Notes: generated by a model not told the origin, from the letters alone. A DNA stretch of 64,000 nt from Bacillota bacterium (GCA_022764365.1 JALERA010000045.1:12515-76514), one strand, 5' to 3'; shown: positions 48,989 through 56,470, counted from the first letter of the stretch. Made by a program: numbers and translations.

Positions 48989-49770
48989 GAGGAGAGATAG
49001 CGTTTACACGAAACATGCCCTTATAGAGGGGTGCTTCGTGTCTTTGAGGCCATAAATCGCCCCGAAGCGTCCCGGGCACGCATAGCGGCATAAGCGCCCG
49101 CTGAGGACCCCCTCTCAAAACGGTGAAATTTCAACAACCCAATAAATTCCATTTTGAATGCCGCCGGAGAACCAACCCTGCCGTGCGCAAAATTCACCTA
49201 AAATGGGCAAAAGACACGAAAAGGGGGTCAATTTTCGGCAGTTGGTGGGAAATGCCTAATTCTTACAGAAATGTAAAATGTCCGGTGTGCTGAGTCGAGC
49301 ATGCTGCATGCCTTGGGCGCGCACCCAAGCGCACGCCTCCGAAAACTAACCCAAACGCACGGCAGCAGTCCTCGATGTCTCGTCCCTGTCCCGGATGTGC
49401 ACCCTAAGCCCCGCACGCTTTCGCCCCAGGATTTCAGAACCTTCGGCGTTTGGAAGCATGGCGTGCCGTCCGGCCCCCTGCGCGCCTCCGCCCGAGGGGC
49501 GGGGCGCCTGGAATCCCTTGAACTCGCGAACCTCCGCCCTTGAGCCGCCGAGCCCCGACGACCCAGGGGCTCGCCGCGTACTTAATTCCCGAAGATACTT
49601 TTTAAAAATGAAAATGTATGATATGCTTATAGCAGAGACGAACGCGTTCCGGCGATGCGGAAACGAAAGTGTGCTGGCTGACGATGGTACCGGCACCCCC
49701 AGAGTGTGCGATTGGACGCACCTCGACGGTGACCGGTGCGCCCCGCGCGGGCATGCGAAAGGAGGAGATG

Positions 49771-50577
49771 ATGAAGGAATATTACAAGATAGGCGAAATT
49801 TCAAAACTTTACAATATCGGTACGGATTCGCTCCGCTACTACGAAGAAATCGGCATACTGCGGCCGCGGCGCGACGAAAACGGCTACCGCATGTACAGCG
49901 TCGGCGACATCCGAACCCTGAACGTTCTGCGCGAACTCCGCAGCATCGGCTTCCCGATGAAAGACATCAAAGCACACCTCAAGGACTTCGACGTGCAGCA
50001 AACGCTAGACATGTTCGCCGAGGCCATCGAAAGAATCGACCGGCGGCAGGAAGAACTCGAATTGCTCAAGAAAAATGTTTCCGAACGCATCGACGAGATC
50101 AATTACTATTTACGCGAAAAAAACACACACGAGAGCATTTCCGTGCAGTCGCTGCCCGAACGCCACATCCTCAAACTCAGCGAAAAAGCGCTACGTGAGA
50201 CCGACATCGATTTCGTCCTCAAGAAACTGCAGTCAGAGTACGAGGACCAGCTTTACATCGTAGGAAACGGTGAAATCGGAGCGCTGATTGACAGCGACTG
50301 CCTGCTCGAGGGTGAATACGGGCGCTTCGAAGCAGCCTTCTACATCGTAGCGCCCGACGAAGAGTTCGACGCCGTGCTTCCCGCCGCAGACTATCTTTGC
50401 ATGACGGTCAAAGGTTCTTATGCACAAATGCGCGAGGAGTGGAGCAAGATTTTGGACTATGCGCGACGGGAAGGGTTCAGCGTCTGCGGCAGCGGCGTCG
50501 AACTCTACCTTATCGACGACCACGACACAAACAAGGAGAGCGAATTCATCACCGAACTGCAGATTGCAGTTCGGTGA
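49771..50577 (+). CDS. MerR-family transcriptional regulator with a GyrI-like effector-binding domain (BmrR type)
   Basis: MKEYYKIGEISKLYNIGTDSLRYYEEIGILRPRRDENGYRMYS is the MerR HTH. The C-terminal 150 aa are GyrI-like. The RBS is AAGGAGG, and 49768 is an alternative start. Confidence 0.85.
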   Translation: MKEYYKIGEISKLYNIGTDSLRYYEEIGILRPRRDENGYRMYSVGDIRTLNVLRELRSIGFPMKDIKAHLKDFDVQQTLDMFAEAIERIDRRQEELELLKKNVSERIDEINYYLREKNTHESISVQSLPERHILKLSEKALRETDIDFVLKKLQSEYEDQLYIVGNGEIGALIDSDCLLEGEYGRFEAAFYIVAPDEEFDAVLPAADYLCMTVKGSYAQMREEWSKILDYARREGFSVCGSGVELYLIDDHDTNKESEFITELQIAVR

Positions 50578-50640
50578 TGAAGAGGCGGCAGCAGGCACGG
50601 CCGCGTCCCGGACTAAACACCCTGCGGCCGCCTGTGCCGC

Positions 50641-50718
50641 CAGGCGGCTCGGCGGCATGCGCAGCATCTCGACACTGCAGGCGGCTCGGCGGCATGCGCA
50701 GCATCTCGACACTGCAGG
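50641..50718. repeat. Perfect 37-bp tandem duplication
   Basis: caggcggctcggcggcatgcgcagcatctcgacactg occurs twice (50641-50677 and 50678-50714), followed by the first 4 nt of a third unit. Confidence 0.95.
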
Positions 50719-50780
50719 AACTTCGCAGGGGCGGGGGCAGAGATGCCAGACCTTTCCGGGCGGCAGTCAGGGATGCGGCA

Positions 50781-50921
50781 CCTTCCTGGAGGGCGAATTC
50801 TTCTTCATCTTGGGCGGAGGCGTTGCGCCTTCCTGGAAGGCGAATTCCTCTTCATCTCGGGCGGGAGCGTTGCATCTTCTTGGAGGTCGAATTCTTTTTC
50901 ATTTCGGGCGGGAGTGAAATG
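50781..50921. repeat. 47-bp tandem repeat, 3 progressively diverged copies
   Basis: The units start at 50781, 50828 and 50875 (ccttcctggagggcgaattcttcttcatcttgggcggaggcgttgcg and variants). The unit length is not a multiple of 3. Confidence 0.9.
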
Positions 50922-51300
50922 TCAAAAAATGGATAATCATGCATAAAGTAATATCTTTTTAGCCAAAGCGCCTCAAAAATAGAAACCGGCAGCCTGCAGA
51001 AACTCCAAAAACAGCAAAAAAGCCTCAGAACAGGCTGCTGTCGCAGACCCGCCCGGCAGGTGCCGCCCGGCAGGCCGTCGAGCCATATAAAAATTTCGAC
51101 GTTATAAGCTGTTCGCATCCGAGAAAACGAAAAAAAGGATGTGCATGCGGCAAATGCGAACTCTTGGTTCAGCCGGGGACGGAAGCTCGATTTTCTATCT
51201 TTTCGGTCCGATGCCCCAAAAGATAGAAAAATCGACCATTTTATGCATGCCCGGCGCCCACACCCGCCACCTGGCTGCCCCGGCGCACGCCCCACGCCTA
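50915..51300. repeat. Noncoding module, copy 1 (A box 50915-50994, B box 51194-51300)
   Basis: The A box shares the exact blocks ggataatcatgcataaagtaatatcttttt and aaaaatagaaaccggcagcc with copy 2. The B box shares the hairpin tctatctttt-N14-aaaagataga plus attttatgca and ccggcgcacgc. Confidence 0.85.
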
Positions 51301-51305
51301 GGGGG

Positions 51306-52136
51306 CTACATCTGCGGGAGCAGTATACCGGCAATTATGCGGCCGACCTCCTCAGAATCAAAGCCGCCGTCCGGGCCGTCGCATGTTACAATTAAGTTTT
51401 TAGGCTGATAGATGCCGTTCAAATAATACAGCTGCATTTTTTCCCGGTCACGCAAGAAGTACACATCATCGCCGAACATACCTTTATGCTCCCAATACAG
51501 AATTTTCCCGTTCGCAAGATAGATCGTAAAATCCGGATAAACTGTCATGAGCCTGCCGTGGCGATCATGCAAAACCAAGGCTTTTTCGTACACGAATTCA
51601 ATCCCCGCAGAAAAAAAGCTTTCGGCAAGCATCAACTCACCCTTCGAGCGTACGAGAAGACCGAACGAGGTTTTGTGAATGAGATTTTCACGCATGTATG
51701 GATTCTCGGACTGCCGAATCCAAGGCTTGACACCCTTCGGAGTATGGCTGCCTTTTTTGCGAATCCGCCCTTCGTAAGGCATGCGCTCATCGAAATGAAA
51801 TTGATAAGCCTTGGGCAGCGACGCATTTACCGCTGCAAAATCTGCGGGACGATACGCCGCCAAAAATTTTTCCTGCAGTACGATGTTCGACTTCAGACGA
51901 TTCTCCGTTTCCGCCACAAAACGCGCCACCTTCATATCGTTAACAATGTTTAAATCTTCCTTTTTTACATACCTAAGCGCAGCGTCGTTTTTGTACTTGC
52001 GCGCATAGAAAAGACGATTGCCTTTTTTCTGGCAAACAAGACGCCCGTCAGGCTTGGAAACATTTAGCGCTTTAATCTTTGCAAGCATTTGTTTCTCAAA
52101 ATCCAAATTCGCGCTTATACTATTCAAAAAGCTCAT
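51306..52136 (-). CDS. Orphan PD-(D/E)xK nuclease-fold protein (TnsA endonuclease N-terminal-like core)
   Basis: The C-terminal half SKGELMLAESFFSAGIEFVYEKAL...VYPDFTIYLANGKILYWEHKG gives the E...PD...ExK pattern. ATG 52136 follows the RBS AGGGAGG. The N-terminal 150 aa are unrecognised. Confidence 0.6.
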   Translation of the reverse strand: MSFLNSISANLDFEKQMLAKIKALNVSKPDGRLVCQKKGNRLFYARKYKNDAALRYVKKEDLNIVNDMKVARFVAETENRLKSNIVLQEKFLAAYRPADFAAVNASLPKAYQFHFDERMPYEGRIRKKGSHTPKGVKPWIRQSENPYMRENLIHKTSFGLLVRSKGELMLAESFFSAGIEFVYEKALVLHDRHGRLMTVYPDFTIYLANGKILYWEHKGMFGDDVYFLRDREKMQLYYLNGIYQPKNLIVTCDGPDGGFDSEEVGRIIAGILLPQM

Positions 52137-52162
52137 GCAGCATACCTCCCTTTGTACTACAA

Positions 52163-52191
52163 ATAATACCATAAAAGGATTTAAATGTAAA
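52163..52191 (-). promoter_or_regulatory. Putative extended -10 promoter of the PD-(D/E)xK gene
   Basis: On the minus strand, TTTACA is followed by a 17-nt spacer ending in TGg, then TATTAT. Confidence 0.5.
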
Positions 52192-52202
52192 TACCCTCCA
52201 GC

Positions 52203-52560
52203 TGAAAAATGTAAAAAAAAGGATAATCATGCATAAAGTAATATCTTTTTGGACAAAGGGCCTCAAAAATAGAAACCGGCAGCCCCGCAATGGGCTTCCG
52301 GCATATAAAAAAAGCATAATCCCGCGCCGCAGGAATATGCGTAAAAACCACTCAAAAACCAAAACGTTGAAATTCCAACGGTTTACAATTGTACAATTTC
52401 TTTTGTAATTTGACCCAAATTCCTTTTGCGAGTCAAAACCGCAAGGGGGGCGTCTATCTTTTCGGCTCAAACGGTAAAAAGATAGAAAAAACCGACATTT
52501 TATGCACGGGCAGCCGACACACGCGCGGCCCAAACAGCACACCGGCGCACGCTAGCGGCC
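52203..52560. repeat. Noncoding module, copy 2 (A box 52203-52284, B box 52453-52560)
   Basis: This is a direct-orientation duplicate of 50915-51300 with internal indels. The B end overlaps the stop codon and last codons of the TRIC-channel gene. Confidence 0.85.
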
Positions 52561-53184
52561 GCCGCCGCGGCTGCCGGGTTTTGGCAGGCTCCACCTGTAA
52601 TGCGAAGCGAGCAGGCGGATCAGAACGATGAGAACCGCGCCCGAAAGCATCGCGACATAGCCGTTGGTGTAAGGCATGAGGATGCAAAACAGCAGGGCGC
52701 CTGCGATAGAGGCGGTCGCGTAGATGTGGCGTACGAATATATATGGCATGTCGCCTGCCATCACATCGCGGAGAAGACCGCCGCCGACCCCTGTGATGAC
52801 ACCGACAAAGACGGCGAGAAATACGGTCGGATTCTCGGAAACCTCAAAGGCGCGCATAGCACCGGAAACGGTGAAAATACCAAGGCCGATTGAGTCGGCA
52901 AGCAGCATAACACGGCTGCTGCGTTCGAGAAGGTCGCGAACCTGTGGGATGAACACGATGAGACATGTGAGAAATGCCGTCAGTGCGTAAATCGGATTTT
53001 GAAACATTGCCGGCGGGAACGCACCGAGGATGATGTCTCGGATGATACCGCCGCCGACCGCCACGGTAAGCGCAAGTACGAATGCGCCGAAAATATCCAT
53101 GTTTTTTCTGATTCCTGTCATTGCGCCGGAAACCGCAAACGCGGCGGCTCCGATAAGCTCCAATACTAAAATGAAAATATCCAT
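52552..53184 (-). CDS. Trimeric intracellular cation channel (TRIC/UPF0126, YadS-like) family membrane protein
   Basis: The repeated glycine motif appears as AAAFAVSGAMTGIRKNMDIFG...VGGGIIRDIILG and FTVSGAMRAF...VGGGLLRDVMAG. ATG 53184 follows the RBS AAAGGTGG. Confidence 0.85.
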   Translation of the reverse strand: MDIFILVLELIGAAAFAVSGAMTGIRKNMDIFGAFVLALTVAVGGGIIRDIILGAFPPAMFQNPIYALTAFLTCLIVFIPQVRDLLERSSRVMLLADSIGLGIFTVSGAMRAFEVSENPTVFLAVFVGVITGVGGGLLRDVMAGDMPYIFVRHIYATASIAGALLFCILMPYTNGYVAMLSGAVLIVLIRLLASHYRWSLPKPGSRGGGR

Positions 53185-53235
53185 ATATCCACCTTTGTCA
53201 TTTTTTGTCGTTATGTGAATTGTACCGCCGAAACG

Positions 53236-53269
53236 ACGCAAAGTCAACGCAAAGTCAACGCAAAAGTCA
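53236..53269. repeat. Three tandem 11/12-bp direct repeats (ACGCAAAGTCA) abutting a -35 box
   Basis: acgcaaagtca acgcaaagtca acgcaaaagtca is followed 2 nt later by TTGAAA. Confidence 0.85.
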
Positions 53270-53271
53270 AA

Positions 53272-53300
53272 TTGAAAATGCAGCGCGGGGATGATATAAT
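53272..53300 (+). promoter_or_regulatory. Sigma-A promoter of the GNAT gene
   Basis: TTGAAA, a 17-nt spacer, then TATAAT. Confidence 0.55.
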
Positions 53301-53358
53301 GTAGGAAACGTGAGCGGAAGCAAAAGCGCGCAGAAGAGCGGCCGCGGGGAGGAACGAC

Positions 53359-53991
53359 ATGGACAATAAGAACAACGTCAACAACAAGACGATAGAAACA
53401 GAACGCTTAATAATCAGACCGTCGAGATGGGAAGACCTCGATACCTTTTATGAGTGGGAGCTTTTGCCTGAGGTTACGAAGTTTTTCAGTATTCGTGACA
53501 ACCAGAGCAAGGAAGATGTCATCCGCAAATATGTGGCGGACAGCGATGATCCGAAGGCACGGCAGTTTACCGTCTGCCTCAAGGCCGGGGCAGAGGCAGC
53601 AGACATGCCGGGCGCACAGGGCACACAGGGCGCGCCGAGCATGCCGGAATCCAGCGAGAAGATGATTGGCAGAATCGTGCTTGCGGACATCGAGGACGAG
53701 TGGAAGGCCGAAATCTGGAGAATTTACATTGCGGACACGGCACTCAGAGGCAGGGGTCTTGGCAGGGAAGCCATGCTTGCCATGATGAAATACTGCTTCG
53801 AAGATCTCAAACTGAAGAGACTTTACCTCGACCACTACACGGGAAATCCGGCTTCGTTCTTGTATCAAAGCCTCGGGTTCAAGTATGAAGGCGTGCTGAG
53901 AGACAACTGCCGCAAGAACGGCAAACTCTACGACGTGCACCTCATGTCAATGCTGGCATCCGAATATGCAGAACTTTACGGAAATAAGTAA
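53359..53991 (+). CDS. GNAT-family N-acetyltransferase (RimJ/RimL-like) with a low-complexity insert
   Basis: It has TERLIIRPSRWEDLDTFYEW and a GNAT core (RGRGLGREAMLAMMKYCFE). The insert is GAEAADMPGAQGTQGAPSMPESS. Confidence 0.85.
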   Translation: MDNKNNVNNKTIETERLIIRPSRWEDLDTFYEWELLPEVTKFFSIRDNQSKEDVIRKYVADSDDPKARQFTVCLKAGAEAADMPGAQGTQGAPSMPESSEKMIGRIVLADIEDEWKAEIWRIYIADTALRGRGLGREAMLAMMKYCFEDLKLKRLYLDHYTGNPASFLYQSLGFKYEGVLRDNCRKNGKLYDVHLMSMLASEYAELYGNK

Positions 53992-54106
53992 TTGTGGCAA
54001 ATAACAAAAAAATAAAAAAAAATAATGAAAAAACACAAAAAAGGGGTTGACATCCTTTTTTTTCTGTGCTAAACTGCGTATATCAGTTAAGGAAAGGAGA
54101 AAAACG

Positions 54107-54253
54107 ATGAACTACATGGCACTCATTATCAGCATTATACTTATCAGCATTATTTTACTGGTCCTCGTCATTATGAGCATCAGAATGAATAGTGATATTT
54201 GCATTGCGGGTAATGAAGCAAGTTCAATCGAATTTGCCAGAGCGGATATTTAG
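54107..54253 (+). CDS. Mini-ORF (48 aa), extremely Ile/Leu/Val-rich: candidate leader peptide or small hydrophobic membrane peptide
   Basis: The RBS GGAAAGGAG is followed 7 nt later by ATG. The product is MNYMALIISIILISIILLVLVIMSIRMNSDICIAGNEASSIEFARADI. A TTGACA / TGcTAAACT promoter lies upstream and a hairpin with a T-run lies downstream. Confidence 0.4.
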   Translation: MNYMALIISIILISIILLVLVIMSIRMNSDICIAGNEASSIEFARADI

Positions 54254-54293
54254 CTCAGGCATGAATCCGAAACTTAAGTTGAAACATAACTTT

Positions 54294-54329
54294 AACCTGC
54301 AGGCATTGGTCGGCAGGTTTTTTATTTTC
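54294..54329 (+). terminator. Hairpin plus T-run between the mini-ORF and the second liv operon
   Basis: aacctgc-aggcattggtcg-gcaggtt is followed by ttttttatttt. The livJ2 RBS begins 3 nt later. Confidence 0.55.
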
Positions 54330-54344
54330 AAAGGAGGAATTGAA

Positions 54345-55520
54345 ATGAACATGAAAAAATTTATGAAGAAATTCGCGGCTGTATCGATGGCAGTCGTAAT
54401 GACAGTGGCTTTTGCAGGATGCGGAAATGATTCCGGAACAAATACCGGAGACGGCGCAGCAAAATTCGTAATCGGCGGCATCGGACCGACAACCGGCGAC
54501 GCAGCAGTATACGGACAGGGCGTTAAGAACGCAGCCGAAATGGCAGTGGAAGAAATCAACGCTAACGGCGGAATCAACGGATATCAGGTTGAATTCCTTT
54601 GGCAGGATGACGTTCACGACACAGAAAAAGCCGTAAACGCATACAACTCATTAAAAGACCAAGGCATGCAGATGTTAATGGGTACGGTTACTTCCGCACC
54701 ATGCACAGCAGTCGTTGCTCTTACAGAAGAAGACAATATGTTCCAGCTTACACCGTCAGGTTCGGCTGTTGAATCCATCAAAGGCGACAACGCATTCAGA
54801 GTTTGCTTCTCCGACCCGAACCAAGGTGTAGGTTCTGCAGACTACTTCGCAGAAAACTTCCCGAATGCTAAGGTTGGCGTAGTTTACAACTCATCCGACG
54901 TATATTCCAACGGCATCTTCAAGACATTCAAGAAAGAAGCTGCAGCCAAGGGTGTAAACGTTGTTGCAACAGAAGCATTCACAAAGGATTCCGCACAGGA
55001 CTTCACAGTACAGATCCAGAAGATGAAAGAATCCGGCGCTGACTTAGTATTCCTTCCGTTCTACGCACAGGAAGCATCCTTGTTCTTAACACAGGCAGAC
55101 AAAGCAGGTCTTGACGCACAGTTCTTCGGATGCGACGGTCTTGACGGATTAATCAAACAGCTTGGAAGCAACGCACAGCTTGCAGAAGGCGTAATGCTGT
55201 TAACTCCATATGCAGCTGACTCCGATAATGAAGCATCCAAGAAGTTCACAGAAGCTTATGAAGCAAAATATGACGGCGAAGTTCCGACACAGTTCGCAGC
55301 AGACGCTTATGATGCAATGTACATCATCAAGAAAGCAGCAGAAACAGCAGGCGTAACTCCTGATATGAGCGTTTCCGACATCTGCGACGCAATGAAGAAA
55401 GCTATGACAGAAATCGAATTCACAGGTGCAACCGGCACAATGACATGGTCTGCAGACGGTGAACCTACCAAGACGCCGATGGCTATGGTAATCAAAAACG
55501 GCGAATACAAATCACTGTAA
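54345..55520 (+). CDS. livJ: LivJ-family substrate-binding lipoprotein (operon 2)
   Basis: It has a lipobox (VAFAGCGNDSG) and FVIGGIGPTTGDAAVYG. The RBS is AAAGGAGG. Confidence 0.9.
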   Translation: MNMKKFMKKFAAVSMAVVMTVAFAGCGNDSGTNTGDGAAKFVIGGIGPTTGDAAVYGQGVKNAAEMAVEEINANGGINGYQVEFLWQDDVHDTEKAVNAYNSLKDQGMQMLMGTVTSAPCTAVVALTEEDNMFQLTPSGSAVESIKGDNAFRVCFSDPNQGVGSADYFAENFPNAKVGVVYNSSDVYSNGIFKTFKKEAAAKGVNVVATEAFTKDSAQDFTVQIQKMKESGADLVFLPFYAQEASLFLTQADKAGLDAQFFGCDGLDGLIKQLGSNAQLAEGVMLLTPYAADSDNEASKKFTEAYEAKYDGEVPTQFAADAYDAMYIIKKAAETAGVTPDMSVSDICDAMKKAMTEIEFTGATGTMTWSADGEPTKTPMAMVIKNGEYKSL

Positions 55521-55581
55521 AATACAATCATATACAATTAATTACCGGAATATGACCGGAAACTTTTAAGAGGGTAGTTTT

Positions 55582-56460
55582 ATGAATTTTTTATCATATC
55601 TGATCAGCGGCATCAGCCTTGGAAGCGTATACGCACTGATCGCACTGGGGTATACAATGGTATACGGAATTGCAAAAATGTTAAACTTTGCACATGGTGA
55701 TGTCATCATGATCGGAGGATTCGTCATCTTCACGGCGGTATCCTCGGCATCAACCTCACCGGCAGTCGCAATACTTGCCGCAGTCATCGTATGTACGGTG
55801 CTCGGGGTTGCCATAGAAAAAATTGCATATAAACCGCTTAGAAACGCTTCACCGCTGGCTGTTCTTATTACAGCCATCGGTGTAAGCTATTTTCTGCAGA
55901 ATGTGGCACTTTTGATTTTCGGCTCCGCAGCGAGAAATTTCCCGGATGTACTCAAGGTAAATGACTGGCATGTTGCACAAGGGCTTACAATCACAGGCGA
56001 AACGATTATTACAATTGTTGCTACGGTTATCATTATGATATTGCTGACCGCATTCATCAATCACACGAGAATCGGTGCGGCAATGCAGGCGGTTTCCGAA
56101 GACAGAGGAGCGGCACAGCTTATGGGCGTTAACGTAAACAGCACGATCAGCATTACATTTGCAATCGGCTCTGCGCTCGCGGCAGTTGCAAGTCTGCTTC
56201 TGTGCTCCTCGTATCCGCTTATCGGACCGTACACGGGAGCAATGCCGGGCATCAAAGCGTTCGTAGCAGCCGTTTTCGGCGGAATCGGTTCGATTCCGGG
56301 GGCTATGATCGGCGGCATCCTTTTGGGAGTAATCGAAAATCTCAGCAAAGCATATATTTCCACACAGCTTTCGGACGCAATCGTTTTCGGAGTTCTGATT
56401 GTCGTTCTGCTGGTTAAACCGACAGGCATTCTGGGCAAACCGATGCGTGAGAAAGTGTAG
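55582..56460 (+). CDS. livH: Branched-chain amino-acid ABC permease LivH (operon 2)
   Basis: The motifs GYTMVYGIAKMLNFAHGD and AFVAAVFGGIGSIPGA are present. Confidence 0.9.
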   Translation: MNFLSYLISGISLGSVYALIALGYTMVYGIAKMLNFAHGDVIMIGGFVIFTAVSSASTSPAVAILAAVIVCTVLGVAIEKIAYKPLRNASPLAVLITAIGVSYFLQNVALLIFGSAARNFPDVLKVNDWHVAQGLTITGETIITIVATVIIMILLTAFINHTRIGAAMQAVSEDRGAAQLMGVNVNSTISITFAIGSALAAVASLLLCSSYPLIGPYTGAMPGIKAFVAAVFGGIGSIPGAMIGGILLGVIENLSKAYISTQLSDAIVFGVLIVVLLVKPTGILGKPMREKV

Positions 56461-56470
56461 GTGAGGCGGC

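Noticed and set aside
49395-50198. A 267-aa ORF, plus overlapping ORFs at 49346-49804(-), 48804-49118(-), 48840-49055(+) and 49301-49543(+), in the GC-rich region upstream of merR.
   Set aside because: The translations are Arg/Pro/Gly/Ala-rich with no recognisable motifs. The ORFs overlap one another on both strands and run across the real merR start in the wrong frame. None has an RBS. This is the usual absence of stop codons in GC-rich noncoding DNA.
48884-50921. Whether the GC-rich tandem repeats form a CRISPR array.
   Set aside because: The repeats are directly adjacent with no unique spacers between them. Copy number is only 2-3, the unit sequences differ between arrays, and no cas genes are in the window.
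50397-50946. ORFs of 179, 165 and 67 aa (+) and 159 aa (-) covering the 37-bp and 47-bp tandem repeats.
   Set aside because: The repeat units are not multiples of 3, so the repeat is read in shifting frames. The peptides are compositionally absurd, and no start signals are present.
50915-52560. Whether the duplicated modules are IS or transposon terminal inverted repeats with target-site duplication.
   Set aside because: The two copies are in direct, not inverted, orientation and are hundreds of bp long. The enclosed gene is not a recognisable transposase (no DDE, serine or tyrosine recombinase motifs). I kept it only as an unexplained cassette-like arrangement.
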